Assembly: GCA_963786955.1 (NCBI GenBank)
Contig: CAWBAT010000005.1
Span: 1,184,001 to 1,248,000, forward strand
DNA: 64,000 bases
Origin: an uncultured Acidimicrobiia bacterium
GTDB taxonomy: Bacteria > Acidobacteriota > Terriglobia > Versatilivoradales > Versatilivoraceae
Reading direction: 5' to 3'
Part shown: in pieces, positions 10,281 through 21,749 of the stretch
Layout of the letters: each line of letters begins with the position of its first letter
Numbering within the stretch: the stretch's first letter is position 1
Made by a program: the position numbers and the translations under genes
Notes under the pieces: model-generated
Database searches by the model: none
What the model was told of the DNA's origin: nothing
Seen by the model: only the letters and a program-made list of their open reading frames with translations

Positions 10281-10835
10281 ATGAAAAATCGAATGTTACT
10301 TAGCCTATGGCTGACTGCATGGATTCTCGGAGTGCTTCTTGCCTCGGGTTCTTTGCCGATCCTTCAGGCTCAAGACCAGCTTGAACCTAAACGTCAGGCC
10401 GAACCGTTCATTCTTCCGACTTGGGATGGAAAAGTTCTCAAGTCGAGCCAGCTCAAAGGCCAAGTCATCATGCTTGAGTTTTTCCAAACCAGCTGCCCCG
10501 GCTGCCAGGAAGACGCCCCAGAGCTCGAACGACTCTACAAACAGTACAAGAAAAGGGGATTCATGGTTGTCGGCGTTTCGCATGATAGAGCAGGAGCTAA
10601 GGTAGTTGGGCCTTTCGTCACTAAATACAATCTCACCTACCCTGTTGTGATTGGAGATTTGTCGATTGCGGTCAGCTACATCGGGATTACGCCTTCCAAT
10701 CCCAGTTTTCGCATCCCCTACATTGTGCTCATCGACCGAAAAGGCTTTATCGTCGGGCAGTTTGAGCAAGGAAAGGATAAGGAAGCTACGGATCCAAAAC
10801 TTCTTGAAGCCCTCATCCAAAAACTCCTTGAATAA
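10281..10835 (+). CDS. TlpA/ResA-like thiol-disulfide oxidoreductase with signal peptide
   Basis: Hydrophobic N-terminus, LKGQVIMLEFFQTSCPGC, IPYIVLIDRKG. Confidence 0.88.
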   Translation: MKNRMLLSLWLTAWILGVLLASGSLPILQAQDQLEPKRQAEPFILPTWDGKVLKSSQLKGQVIMLEFFQTSCPGCQEDAPELERLYKQYKKRGFMVVGVSHDRAGAKVVGPFVTKYNLTYPVVIGDLSIAVSYIGITPSNPSFRIPYIVLIDRKGFIVGQFEQGKDKEATDPKLLEALIQKLLE

Positions 10836-11057
10836 ATCCCGGACTAAGGGTTAAGAGATCTCTCAATCAAGCATTCTTGGCTTATTCACGGGTTGCTTGA
10901 AGAGATGACGATGGACTTGCTTTAAAACAATCTTTATGAATCTTGATATCGAGCCCTTTTTCTGCTTCATTCACCCAATACCGAGACATCTGGACTCTCG
11001 ACGCGCCGTGGGTTACCCTGTCTGATAGATCCAGCCTTGGCATTAGGAGGACTACTC

Positions 11058-11435
11058 ATGCGCGCGCGCTATTCGTTACCTTCATGTTTCTTCACACCGC
11101 TCGCCAAACGCATGTTACTCGCGGTTACTTTGGGTTTGACGGTGATTGCAACATCCTCTTCCACTCCATCTCAGGATCATCAGCCTGTCCAAGACGATAA
11201 GGATCGTACCGTCACCTGTGTCTTCGTGAATCCGGGCTATTCCGGTTCCTGTACCGAGACAGCCCAAGCGCCTTCACGCCAACCCGCGCCAGAGGCTTGT
11301 GAGCCAATTCTTACTTGTCTCAACAACCCTCAATGCATGAAAACATATTGCGGAGCGACCACAGTTCGTTCCGGTTGGACTCTCGAATCCGCTACCGATT
11401 CACAGTCCTCACGTTCATCCACGTTCAAGAGGTAG
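11058..11435 (+). CDS. Small secreted cysteine-rich hypothetical protein
   Basis: AGGAGG RBS, hydrophobic segment, six Cys in the ~60-aa C-terminal domain. Confidence 0.65.
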   Translation: MRARYSLPSCFFTPLAKRMLLAVTLGLTVIATSSSTPSQDHQPVQDDKDRTVTCVFVNPGYSGSCTETAQAPSRQPAPEACEPILTCLNNPQCMKTYCGATTVRSGWTLESATDSQSSRSSTFKR

Positions 11436-11639
11436 ATCCATAGAATGTAGAAAAGAACGCATGTTTCCTTGTCAAAGTGTGTGAAGATGCGAAATTGAAG
11501 GAAAGTCGGATCCTCTAAACCAAGGGGTTTTGTTGTTCACGGAGGGACAATTGGGCCTTCGTCGATGTTTTAGTCTCTCCAGCGAAGGGATTTGCATCCC
11601 TTCATTTCATCTCGCCACTCCGAGGGAGGTCTATTCTGC

Positions 11640-11669
11640 TTGACACTGATTTGACGCGGTTGCTAGACT
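11640..11669 (+). promoter_or_regulatory. Putative sigma70 promoter for the TPR-YHS-gdh genes
   Basis: TTGACA-N18-TAGACT with an extended TG, about 50 nt upstream of the TPR gene. Confidence 0.45.
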
Positions 11670-11718
11670 TTTTCAGCCAATTGAGGCGAAATTCGACCGG
11701 CCAAAAGGCGGTTTTAAT

Positions 11719-12369
11719 TTGAGAAAAGATACAGCGTGGGTAGCCTCGATCTGCCTTATATTGGGTGGCCTGATTGGTTACCTCCTCGGTGTCCAGATCA
11801 CTTCGCAGGAACTCCGCCGTTCACCCTCCACACAGGCTGTGAATCAGGCATCGGAAGCTCCTTCGGCAGCCCCAGCGGGGGGGGTACCGGAAGGACATCC
11901 CCCCATTGTCACGCAGTCTGACCTTGAGACGCTCAAGAAAGCAGTCGAAGCCACCCCTAAGAACGCAATTTTGCTCACAGAGCTTGCCAATAAGCTTTAT
12001 GATGCGGGACGGTATCAAGAGGCTGTCGGGTACTACCAGCAAGCCGTAAAGCTCGATCCGAACAATGTGAATGTGATTACTGATTATGGGACGGCGCTCT
12101 ACTACTCTGGAAAACCCGAAGAGGCGATCGCCCAATACAGCCGTTCACTCGAAATCGACCCTCGCCACATCCAATCACTGCACAACCTGGTCATCGTCAA
12201 TTTGCAGGGCAAGAAAGATATCGCAGCGGCGACGGCCGCATTGAATCGACTCAAGGGCATAGAGCCTAATAATCCTTCAATACCGGAATTGGAACGCATG
12301 ATCAATTCGGGCAATTCCGCTGGACAGTCCCCTCCTGCCGGAAGCAACCCACGACAGCGAATCTTCTAA
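11719..12369 (+). CDS. Membrane-anchored tetratricopeptide repeat protein (CcmH/NrfG-like TPR region)
   Basis: N-terminal TM, PEGHPP linker, TPR repeats (YQEAVGYYQQAVKLDP, AIAQYSRSLEIDP). Confidence 0.85.
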   Translation: MRKDTAWVASICLILGGLIGYLLGVQITSQELRRSPSTQAVNQASEAPSAAPAGGVPEGHPPIVTQSDLETLKKAVEATPKNAILLTELANKLYDAGRYQEAVGYYQQAVKLDPNNVNVITDYGTALYYSGKPEEAIAQYSRSLEIDPRHIQSLHNLVIVNLQGKKDIAAATAALNRLKGIEPNNPSIPELERMINSGNSAGQSPPAGSNPRQRIF

Positions 12370-12372
12370 TCA

Positions 12373-12636
12373 ATGAGATTTCTATTCCCCCTTCTTTTTT
12401 TCTTGCTCATTTTTTATGTGATCCGGTCTATCCTTCAAGGATTCACCGAGGGGACTCGGGCTTCAACCTCGAAAAAAGAATCTGGCAAGCCTGGCGTCAA
12501 GATGGGAAGGATGGAAAAAGACCCTGTGTGTGGGATGTATGTCGATGTGGCTACATCAGTCGCAGCCACCTTTGAGGGGGCGACTAAGTACTTTTGTTCG
12601 ACTGAGTGTCTGAACAAATACAAGAAAGCCGTTTGA
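12373..12636 (+). CDS. YHS/TRASH-domain membrane protein
   Basis: N-terminal TM followed by KDPVCGMYV...YFCSTEC. Confidence 0.88.
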   Translation: MRFLFPLLFFLLIFYVIRSILQGFTEGTRASTSKKESGKPGVKMGRMEKDPVCGMYVDVATSVAATFEGATKYFCSTECLNKYKKAV

Positions 12637-12672
12637 ACTCGATTTTGATTCACAGTCTTTGGAGGATCCTTC

Positions 12673-13922
12673 GTGAAAGAAACTCAAAATCTGTACGAGA
12701 TTGCGAAAATGCGATTTGAAATGGCAGCCGATGCCATGAAACTCCCTTCTGATTTAAGAGAGGTGATGCTCCATTCCAAACGCCAACTCATTGTTTCCCT
12801 GCCGGTGCGGATGGACAATGGAACGATCCGAGTGTTTGAAGGTTACCGGGTCCAACACAATATTGCACGCGGTCCCGCTAAAGGTGGCATTCGCTACCAC
12901 CCCAGCGTGACCCTCGACCAGATCAAAGCTCTCGCTCAACTGATGACGTGGAAATGCGCGACGGTCAATATCCCTTATGGGGGTGGAAAAGGCGGGGTCA
13001 TCTGCGACCCGAAAACCATGTCTCAGGGCGAGTTGGAGCGGCTGACCCGAAGATATGCCTCGGAGATTCTGCTCTTGATTGGCCCTGACAGGGATATCCC
13101 GGCGCCTGATATCAACACCGATTCTCAGACCATGGCGTGGATTATGGATACCTATTCCATGACCGTGGGCCATTCGATGCTGGGAGTCGTCACCGGCAAG
13201 CCGGTCGCTCTGGGCGGTTCTAAGGGTCGCGAAGAAGCTACCGCCAGAGGATGCTGGTATGCCATCCGAGAAGCTTGCAAAGTTAAGAACATTCATCTCA
13301 ATAACGCAATCGTGGCAATCCAGGGGTTTGGCAGTGTGGGAACGACGACGGCGCGACTACTCCATGAAGATGGAGCTAAGATCATTGCCTTGAGCGATTC
13401 CCGAGGAGGTGTGCTCAACTTAAAGGGAATCGACATGAAAGCCGCTCTGGAACATAAGCGGAAAACAGGCCGGCTTGAGAGCCTAAAAGGCACAACTGCA
13501 ATCTCCAACGCGGAATTGTTGGAGTTGAAGTGCGACATCCTTGTTCCAGCCGCAATGGAGAACCAGATCACCTCAGAAAACGCTTCTAAGGTGAAAGCTA
13601 CGATCCTGGCGGAGGCTGCCAATGCGACGACTACTCCTGCGGCGGATGAGGTCTTGATCAGGAACGGCACTTACCTGATTCCTGACATTCTGTGTAATTC
13701 AGGCGGCGTCATCGTGTCCTATTTTGAGTGGGTGCAAGACCTGCAGGGGCTTTTCTGGTCTGAAGGAGAAGTCAACAACCAGTTGGAAAAAATCATGATT
13801 CGGAGCTTCCAGGAAGTCCACGACATTTCCCAGAAAAGAAGAAGGACATGCGGGTGGCGGCTTATGTCCTGGCCGTAGGCCGAGTGGCTGATGCGACAAA
13901 CGCGCGAGGGCTCTTTCCCTAA
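12673..13922 (+). CDS. gdhA: Glu/Leu/Phe/Val dehydrogenase (glutamate dehydrogenase); apparent frameshift near the C-terminus
   Basis: KGGIRYHP, GGGKGG, DIPAPD, QGFGSVG, SYFEWVQ; the typical MRVAAYVLAVGRVA...RGLFP end continues in another frame. Confidence 0.92.
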
Positions 13923-14032
13923 GAATTGACACAATCCGTTCGATCTCTGGGACCCGGCCCCGACTTTATTCCCGCGAAATGGAAATTGGTTTTGCAGAAC
14001 CCGCCAGCAGAGGCGGTCTTAATGATACCGCC

Positions 14033-15322
14033 CTACCTTACTGGCGGAGCCTGATACACGACTTTACCGGCCATGATGGTGGCTGTCACTCTTCCCTTGA
14101 GTTTTGTCCCATGAAAAGGTGAATTCCGGCTTTTTGACCGTGTCTGATTCACATCGTATACCCATTCGTGATCCAGCCCAAAAACCGTCACGTCTGCTTC
14201 GGCCCCTACTTTGAGAGTGCCAAGCGACTTATTGATAATCTTTGCTGGATTGGTGGAGAAGAGTTCTACCAACCGTTTTAAGCTAATTTTTCCTGTGTGA
14301 TAGAGTTGGGTAAGGGCAAGACTGAGTGCTGTCTCCAAGCCAATAATCCCGAACGGCGCGCAATCAAATTCCAGCATTTTTTCGTTCGGATTATGGGGGG
14401 CGTGGTCGGTTGCAAGACAGTCCACGGTTCCATCGGCAATCCCCTCCACAAGTGCTTCGATATCCTTCTCAGTTCGCAAGGGAGGATTCATTTTTGTATT
14501 CGTGTCGTAACCGCAACAGGCGGCATCAGCCAGCGTGAAGTGATGGGGAGTGACCTCGCAGGTGACATCAATTCCTTTTTGTTTGGCGGCACGTACTAGC
14601 TCGAGTGCACCTTGGGTAGAAAGGTGAGCAATGTGGATATGCGCGCCCGTCAATTCTGCAAGCAAAATGTCACGGCTCGCCATCGCATCTTCGGCCGTGC
14701 GACTGATTCCTTTTAGGCCCAAGACGGTCGAGTAGTAGCCCTCATTCATGGAACCCTTTGCGGAAAGGTGCAAATCTTCACAGTGCTCAATGACCGGGAT
14801 TTTAAAGGGTAAAGAATATTCCATCGCACGACGCATCAATTGTCCGTTCATGACCGGCTTTCCGTCGTCGCTGATGCCGACGGCCCCGGCACTCACCATC
14901 TCCCCAATCTCGGCCAGTCGCTCACCGGCACTTCCCATGCTGATGGCGCCGATCGGAAAGACGCGGGTTACGGCCCTTCGTTGTGCTTCTTCACAAATGT
15001 ATTTGGTCACGGTGGGACTATCGTTGATGGGGTTGGTATTTGGCATGCAACAGATGGTCGTAAATCCTCCTGCGGCAGCTGTCCGGGATCCGCTCTCTAT
15101 GGTTTCTTCGTCTTCCCGTCCGGGCTCTCGCAAGTGCACGTGGAGATCAATAAAGCCAGGTGAGACGATGAGTCCCGTCGCGTCAATGATCTGATCGGCG
15201 GAGGCTTTGAGGTTTTGTCCAACCTTGCTGATTCTTCCGTCATCAATGAACAAGTCACTGACAGCGTCTAATCCCGAGGCGGGGTCCACTATTCTTCCAT
15301 TTTTGATCAGTAGCGAATTCAA
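14033..15322 (-). CDS. pyrC: Dihydroorotase
   Basis: DLHVHLREPG, MPNT, HIAHLST, KMNPPLR and ATDHAPH motifs. Confidence 0.97.
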   Translation of the reverse strand: MNSLLIKNGRIVDPASGLDAVSDLFIDDGRISKVGQNLKASADQIIDATGLIVSPGFIDLHVHLREPGREDEETIESGSRTAAAGGFTTICCMPNTNPINDSPTVTKYICEEAQRRAVTRVFPIGAISMGSAGERLAEIGEMVSAGAVGISDDGKPVMNGQLMRRAMEYSLPFKIPVIEHCEDLHLSAKGSMNEGYYSTVLGLKGISRTAEDAMASRDILLAELTGAHIHIAHLSTQGALELVRAAKQKGIDVTCEVTPHHFTLADAACCGYDTNTKMNPPLRTEKDIEALVEGIADGTVDCLATDHAPHNPNEKMLEFDCAPFGIIGLETALSLALTQLYHTGKISLKRLVELFSTNPAKIINKSLGTLKVGAEADVTVFGLDHEWVYDVNQTRSKSRNSPFHGTKLKGRVTATIMAGKVVYQAPPVR

Positions 15323-15325
15323 AGC

Positions 15326-16312
15326 TTAAGAGTCCTCCTTTGTCTCCCCGGTTAAGAGGAACAAAACAGCCATTCTTACGGCGACGCCGCTAGTAACCTG
15401 GTTCATAATGACTGAATATTGCCCGTCGGCTACGTTTGAGTCAATTTCGACCCCCCGATTGATCGGGCCCGGGTGCATGATGATTGCGTCAGGCCTCGCC
15501 GCTTTCATGCGATTCGCACTTAAACCGTAATAACGGAAATACTCCCGAACAGAGGGAAAGAAAGCCTCCTGTTGCCGTTCTAATTGAATGCGCAGCATCA
15601 TGACCACATCGGCATCCCGAAGGGCTTCATCCATATCGAGTGTCACTTTCAGACTCCCGAGGTTTTCAGTTTTCGCTCCAGAGAGGGATTCACGACCGAT
15701 TTCATCCAGCATCCGTTCAAACTTAAGAGGGATCAGAGTCGGAGGCCCGCACACGGTAATGTGCGCACCCATTTTCCCTAACAAGAGGCAATTCGACCGG
15801 GCGACGCGACTATGGGTAATGTCTCCGATGATAGCCACCCGGAGATCTCGTAAGGATTTCTTATGATCGAGAATCGTGAGCGCATCCAGCAATGCCTGGG
15901 TGGGATGTTCATGGGAGCCATCCCCAGCATTCACAATCGAAGCACTGCAGACTTTGGCCAATTGATGGGGTGCCCCTGAAGAAGAGTGTCGGATCACAAT
16001 GACGTCCGGTGCCATAGCCTGCAAGTTCTTGGCAGTATCGATCAGAGTTTCACCCTTCACCACACTGCTCGTCGAAACAGAGATATTGATGACATCAGCA
16101 CTGAGTCGTTTTCCCGCAATTTCAAAGGATGTTCGAGTTCGGGTAGACGCCTCAAAGAAAAGATTGACGATGGTCTTTCCCCGCAAGGTGGGGACTTTCT
16201 TAATAGGCCGAGTCGAGATCTCCCGGAGAGACTGGGCTGTCTTGAGGATGAGCTCGATTTGCTCTGGAGAGACTCCCTGAATTCCAAGCAGATGTTTCAA
16301 GCCTAAAGCCAC
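15326..16312 (-). CDS. pyrB: Aspartate carbamoyltransferase catalytic subunit
   Basis: [21 protein letters not shown] and MHPGP motifs. Confidence 0.97.
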   Translation of the reverse strand: MALGLKHLLGIQGVSPEQIELILKTAQSLREISTRPIKKVPTLRGKTIVNLFFEASTRTRTSFEIAGKRLSADVINISVSTSSVVKGETLIDTAKNLQAMAPDVIVIRHSSSGAPHQLAKVCSASIVNAGDGSHEHPTQALLDALTILDHKKSLRDLRVAIIGDITHSRVARSNCLLLGKMGAHITVCGPPTLIPLKFERMLDEIGRESLSGAKTENLGSLKVTLDMDEALRDADVVMMLRIQLERQQEAFFPSVREYFRYYGLSANRMKAARPDAIIMHPGPINRGVEIDSNVADGQYSVIMNQVTSGVAVRMAVLFLLTGETKEDS

Positions 16313-16393
16313 ACAGGCACCTCGATCTTGTTGCGACTTAAAGTGATTTGGAATGGCATGATTGAATGGCTCTGCAACGGACTGCGTTTAAGG

Positions 16394-16939
16394 TTAATTC
16401 TTTTCCACCAATAAGACCTGATCCAGTTGATCGATCTCACGAAGCCGAACTTCCACCATTTCGTCCTCTGTTGTCTGAATGCATTTGCCGATGAAATTAG
16501 CTTCAATTGGCAATTCACGCAGGCCACGATCGATAAGGACGCAGAGCTGAATCCCCTTGGGCCGACCAAAATCCAGCAGGGCATCCATGGCGGCGCGAAT
16601 GGTCCGGCCCGTATAGAGTACGTCGTCGACCAGAACGATCACGTTCTCGGAGATCGGAAAGTTGATTTCCGTCTTCTGGATGACCGGCTGATTTGCCACT
16701 GTAGAAAGGTCGTCTCGATAGAGATTGATGTCCAGATAACCGACCGGTACCTGAAATTTCTCACGCTCGGAGATACATTGAGCCAGGCGATCGGCCAATG
16801 GAACACCCCGCCGGCGAATGCCGACCAGAGCGAGATGACTTGTGCCCCGATTGCGCTCGATAAGTTCATATGCCAGCCGATTGACGGCCCGCTCGATGTC
16901 GGTGGCATTCATGACTTGAGCTTTCTCACGGATACTCAT
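16394..16939 (-). CDS. pyrR: PyrR bifunctional regulator/uracil phosphoribosyltransferase
   Basis: LYRDD, VDDVLYTGRT and DRGLRELPI motifs; first gene of the pyr operon. Confidence 0.96.
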   Translation of the reverse strand: MSIREKAQVMNATDIERAVNRLAYELIERNRGTSHLALVGIRRRGVPLADRLAQCISEREKFQVPVGYLDINLYRDDLSTVANQPVIQKTEINFPISENVIVLVDDVLYTGRTIRAAMDALLDFGRPKGIQLCVLIDRGLRELPIEANFIGKCIQTTEDEMVEVRLREIDQLDQVLLVEKN

Positions 16940-17261
16940 GAGCTTTGCAGGGTGAGACGACTGAGTTGGTCCCCATCATTAAGGAGGGAACCAGAGTTGA
17001 GATGAGTAACTGACTGTTCTATCTTGCAGGAGGTGCAAGATAAGTGTCTAAAACCGGTTTCATAGTAGCACAATGCGTCTGCATGTCAAAGAGCCCTCAA
17101 AAATGGAAAAATGAGAAGTAAGGTAGAGAATTGTCGATGGGTTTCATATGAGCGAAGGACTCCTCTCTTGGGATAGTTGTTCCTCAGTTTTTGTGCGCGA
17201 TATGGTATTTTATGATCGCATCGAAGAAAGGATACACATCAATCCCGTGGGTGAACGCAGA

Positions 17262-20200
17262 ATGAAACCAGAGGATCTGCTTTTAGCGGCCGAACTGGAT
17301 TCCGCAAAAGCTTCCCAGATTCTAAAGAAATACGGATTTAAAGATCCGGAATGGGGCAGACCGTAATCTGCAGTTGATGGCTGAGGACCTCTCAACCCGT
17401 CTCATTCTGGCCCGAATCATCGGAATTTATTGGAAGCTGCCAAGAAATGTCCCGACCCTGACTCTGCCATCAATTACTTTGAAAGACTTTTGGCCAATGT
17501 AGCGCATTCGAGCAATTTCTTGGGATTTCTGGGAGATACTCCTGAAGCGCTCGAGGCCCTGATCCTTCTGCTTGGAACCTCCCCGTTCAGCGCCGAGATT
17601 CTGATCCGAAACCCCGAATACTTCTACTGGATCCTGGATGAGTTGGGGACTCCGTGGATCAAGCCGTCATCGGCTTATCTTCAAGAAGCGCTGCAGGCGA
17701 AGGAGCCCTTTGAAGATGGAGAGCAGCAGTTGCGGGCACTCGGCCGATCTCAAACGGCGGGAAATCCTACGAATCGGCGCCAGAGACATTTTGAGAGCTG
17801 CAAACGTACTGGGGACAATTACCGAGCTTTCAAATTTAGCCGATGCTGTTTTGCAATCTATTTACTCCATATGCTTTCAGAACCTGGCTGGGAAACATGG
17901 CATCCCTTGCTTTCTGGATGCGTCAGGTAAATTGAGAAGGGCCCGGTTTACAATTCTAGCAATGGGAAAACTAGGCGGGTGCGAACTCAACTACAGTTCA
18001 GACATTGATCTGATTTTTATCTACGATGGGGAAAACGGGAATACGACATCCGCTGAAAGCCTGCTGGAATCCAATCAACCGGGAGATCCAGAACGGACGC
18101 CCGCTATTTCTACAATCCCCCGGCCTCCAATTCTGGAAGATCTAAAATCCATTTCAAACACCGAATTCTTTACCAAGCTTGCCCAAACCATTACGCACGA
18201 ACTCTCGAGTATGACTGAGGAGGGATATTTCTACCGAGTGGATCTCCGACTCCGCCCCGAGGGGAGTGCCGGTCCGGTGGCGAGTTCATTCACGGCCTGC
18301 AAAAACTATTACTCCAGCTGGGGGGAAACTTTTGAGCGAATGGCGCTGATCAAAGCCCGACCGGCAGCAGGTTCCACGGAGCTTGGAGACGAGTTCTGCA
18401 AAGCCTTCAACTCTTTCGTTTACCGGAAGTTCTTGGATTTTGCCGCTTTAGAAGAGATCCAGGAGATTAAGACTCGGATTGAATCAAAACTGACTGCCAG
18501 GAAAAAAAATGTCCGGCACGTTAAACTCGGAGCGGGCGGGATCCGTGAAATTGAATTCTTCGTCCAGGCGCTCCAGTTAATCTATGGAGGTCGAAATCCG
18601 CAAATACAGGACCGCAGCACGGTCAAGACGCTCAGCCTTCTGCAGGGGAACCAATTTATTTCTACCGACGAGAGTGCAGGACTGCTGGATGCCTACTGTT
18701 TCCTGCGCGACTTGGAGCACAAGCTACAGATGGTTAATGAGCTCCAGGCCCATGAACTTCCCGAAGACGAGGAGGAACTCTACAAATGTGCCCGGCGAAT
18801 GGGCTTTCTGGAAAAGTCTCGTGCCGAGACGATCAAAACATTTTCTGAAAAAATATGAATCACACACAACCTATGTTCGGGATCGCTTTCAAAAGCTTAT
18901 TTCTCTGAAGAGAGACGAGTGGTCCGGCGGCCAGATGCGAGAGGCCTCTCTGATTCTCAGCAAGAACCTCTCAAAACAGGAAGCCTTGGAAATCCTTGAC
19001 AGACCGGGGTTCGAAGACCTCCAGACAGCTTATAATCAAATCTGCTTGCTCCGCGATGCTCCTTCGTTTGCCCACTCGCCCTCAAAGATGCGCAATTTGC
19101 TGGCGAACCTCATGCCATCCCTTCTTGAGACCCTCAGGGTTAGTCCTGATCCGGATACAGGCTTGAACTTCTTCGAGCAGTTTGCCAGTGCATTAGGAGC
19201 CCGCGATTCTCTATACACTCTCCTGAACGAATCCCCCAATGCTCTTCACAGTCTCATTCGAGTTCTCTCCAGCAGCCAGTTTCTCGCGGATTTTCTTTGC
19301 CGAAACCCCGAATTCCTGGATGCCATTATCAAACTAGAATATTTAGAAGAGGCAAAACAACTTGAAGAATACAAATGGCAGATCAGAGAGATCCTTTCGG
19401 AGGAAAACAGCTTTGAGAATCGTGTTCAGGCCCTCAGAAAGCTTACACGAGGAAGAACTATTCCGCATTCAGGTAAGGGATGTCTTGGATCAATGTGATC
19501 GTCCATTGGTCGGTAAACAATTGGCTGCCTTGGCGGAAGCATGTTTAGAAGGGGCATTTTTGCTTGCCTGCCAAAGACTGGAAGAGCATGAAATGAGTTC
19601 CTTTCAGTCATGGGCGCAAGATCACTTTGTCATCCTTGCCCTTGGAAAATTGGGGGGAAATGATCTGAGCTACCAATCGGATTTGGATCTTGTCTATTTC
19701 TATTCGGTTGATTCAGAGACGAATTCGATCGGACGCAACGCCGCCTCACTCGTTTGGTAGAACAAATCGACCAGATACTAAGCGTCTCGACAGGAAAGGG
19801 CGCGATCTACAAGATCGACACCCGCCTCCGTCCTGAAGGAAAGAAAGGTGGATTAGTCACCCCTTACTGAAATACCAGCAATATCTCGAACATCGAGCCC
19901 AGCCTTGGGAACGGTTGGCGATGGTTCGCCACCGCTTATGATGGGGAGCTCAAGAAATCGTGCCATGCATTCTGAAATGGTGAGGGGCTTTGTCTTTCAG
20001 TCGGAATTTCCGTCCATCCGTGGTCAAGGAGATTGCCCATATCCGTCACCGAATGGAAATAGAATTGGCGAAAGAGGCTGAAGAAAATAGTTTTCATATC
20101 AAGGCAGGGGCTGGCGGGTTAGTGGATATTGAGTTTGCCGTACAAATGATGCAGTTGAAACATGGGTGCCGGCATCCTGCTTTACAGATTTCCAATACTC

Positions 20201-20501
20201 TTCATCGCCCTGACGGAAATCAGAGAATTGGGGCTTATTTCGCTTTCTGATTTCCAGGTTCTCTATCTCGGGTACGAGTTCCTCCGTTTCCTGGAAAATC
20301 GATTGAGGATTGCCTCTCCTTTTGGCTCAGGAACCTTTCATCGTCAATTACAAAGTCTAGGGAAAACGTCACGCCTACTTGGGATATTCAAGCACGAATG
20401 ATCCTAGGGCCGCCAAGGATTTCGAAGGTGCGTACCTCGACATCACGAGTTCCGTAAGAAATGTGTACCAGAGAATCATGAATCAGTTGGCCTTATCATG
20501 A
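17262..20501 (+). CDS. glnE: Bifunctional glutamine synthetase adenylyltransferase/adenylyl-removing enzyme (several apparent frameshifts)
   Basis: Two NT domains: MGKLGGCELNYSSDIDL / VDLRLRPEG / KLGAGGIREIEF and LGKLGGNDLSYQSDLDL / IDTRLRPEG / KAGAGGLVDIEF, spread over ORF fragments. Confidence 0.9.
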
Positions 20502-21316
20502 GCTTTCTTCGATCCCGATAACACTCATCATTCTCCCAGTTTTTCCTTTTTCTGCACGGTGGGAAAAAAAGAGTTCGGTCCGGCAAGCTCGTACAAGCCT
20601 CACTACTGAAAATATTGTGTGGCAGGATCCCAGATTCGAGTAATTGGTGTTTGCCAGGCAGCTACAAATCGAGGGACATCGTTGTCGGCGCAGTCAAGTC
20701 TTTATGGTTGAAGCTGCGGAAAAAAGAATCCCTCCAGCGAATTCTTTCGCGAATGCCTGGACCATTTCCTCTCCGACTTCGTAGCAGCAGGGGCCAATTC
20801 CAGGTCCGATTACCGCCAGGCAATCGGCAGGGACAGTCCAGAAATTCTTTTGCATCTGTTCAGTCGGCTTTCATGGTGATTCTTTTGAGAAGGCCTCGCC
20901 AGCCAGCATGAATGGCAGCAATCGACTTTTCGACGAGGATCGACCGCTAAGACGGGCAGGCAGTCGGCGGTTTGGATGGCCAGCAGAATTCCAGTCTGGG
21001 CGGTAATCATGGCGTCTGCTTCTGGAGCCGTTGCCAAATGGTTTCTTGTTCCTAATCGCAAAGATTCTGTCGGAGTGAGTTTGGCGCAAGGTGACCAGAG
21101 GGATTTCCCTGCCGGAGACTGCACCGGGCCAATCTCTTTCGATTTTCCAGCACGATTTCTGCCGGTTGATAATCATTCAATCCAAGGTTAAGGTCTCTTT
21201 TGGGTTCAGGGTCAAAACGCAAGCTAAAACCGTGCAGCATCCACTTGAAGGAAGCTAGCGGTTGGTGATATAAGAAATTTCGCGACCGTTGAGATTAGAA
21301 ACTGGTTATCCGTCAT
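20496..21316 (-). CDS. pgeF: Peptidoglycan editing factor PgeF/YfiH (laccase-like domain); frameshifted
   Basis: Fragments give HGFS, LRQTHS, EADAMIT, IQTADCLPVL, HAGW, IGPCCYEVG and FFSHR. Confidence 0.85.
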
Positions 21317-21333
21317 AAAGAGAGAGAATTGAA

Positions 21334-21711
21334 ATGATTGTGGGCATGGGAGTCGATATTGTCGAAATTGAAAAACTCAGACTCGCCATGATGAGACGAG
21401 GTGAGCGACTGCGCAATCGGGCGTTTACTCCGGGCGAGATTCAATATTGTGAACAACGCGCTCACCAGTATCAGCATTATGCCGCCCGATTTGCAGCTAA
21501 GGAAGCTGTATTCAAGGCGATCGGCTCGGGATGGAGAAATGGAGTGACCTGGCTCGACGTGGAGGTTTTCAACGAGCTCAGCGGGAAGCCCATACTCCGA
21601 CTAAATGGAAAAACCCTTGAATTTGCGAACGCATTAGGGGCCCGGAATTATTGGTTAAGTTTGACTCATACCGACCACTATGCGGTAGCCCAGGTGGTAC
21701 TCGAATCTTAA
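21334..21711 (+). CDS. acpS: Holo-[acyl-carrier-protein] synthase
   Basis: GMGVDIVE, AARFAAKEAVFKA, SGKP and SLTH motifs. Confidence 0.96.
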   Translation: MIVGMGVDIVEIEKLRLAMMRRGERLRNRAFTPGEIQYCEQRAHQYQHYAARFAAKEAVFKAIGSGWRNGVTWLDVEVFNELSGKPILRLNGKTLEFANALGARNYWLSLTHTDHYAVAQVVLES

Positions 21712-21749
21712 GGGGCGACGATTCCACTCGCCCTCTCCATGCAAATTTT

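Noticed and set aside
16940-17100. PyrR-binding attenuator upstream of pyrR
   Set aside because: Only a weak hairpin (GGTCCCC...GGGAACC) is present; I found no ARUCCNGNGAGGYU motif and no terminator U tract
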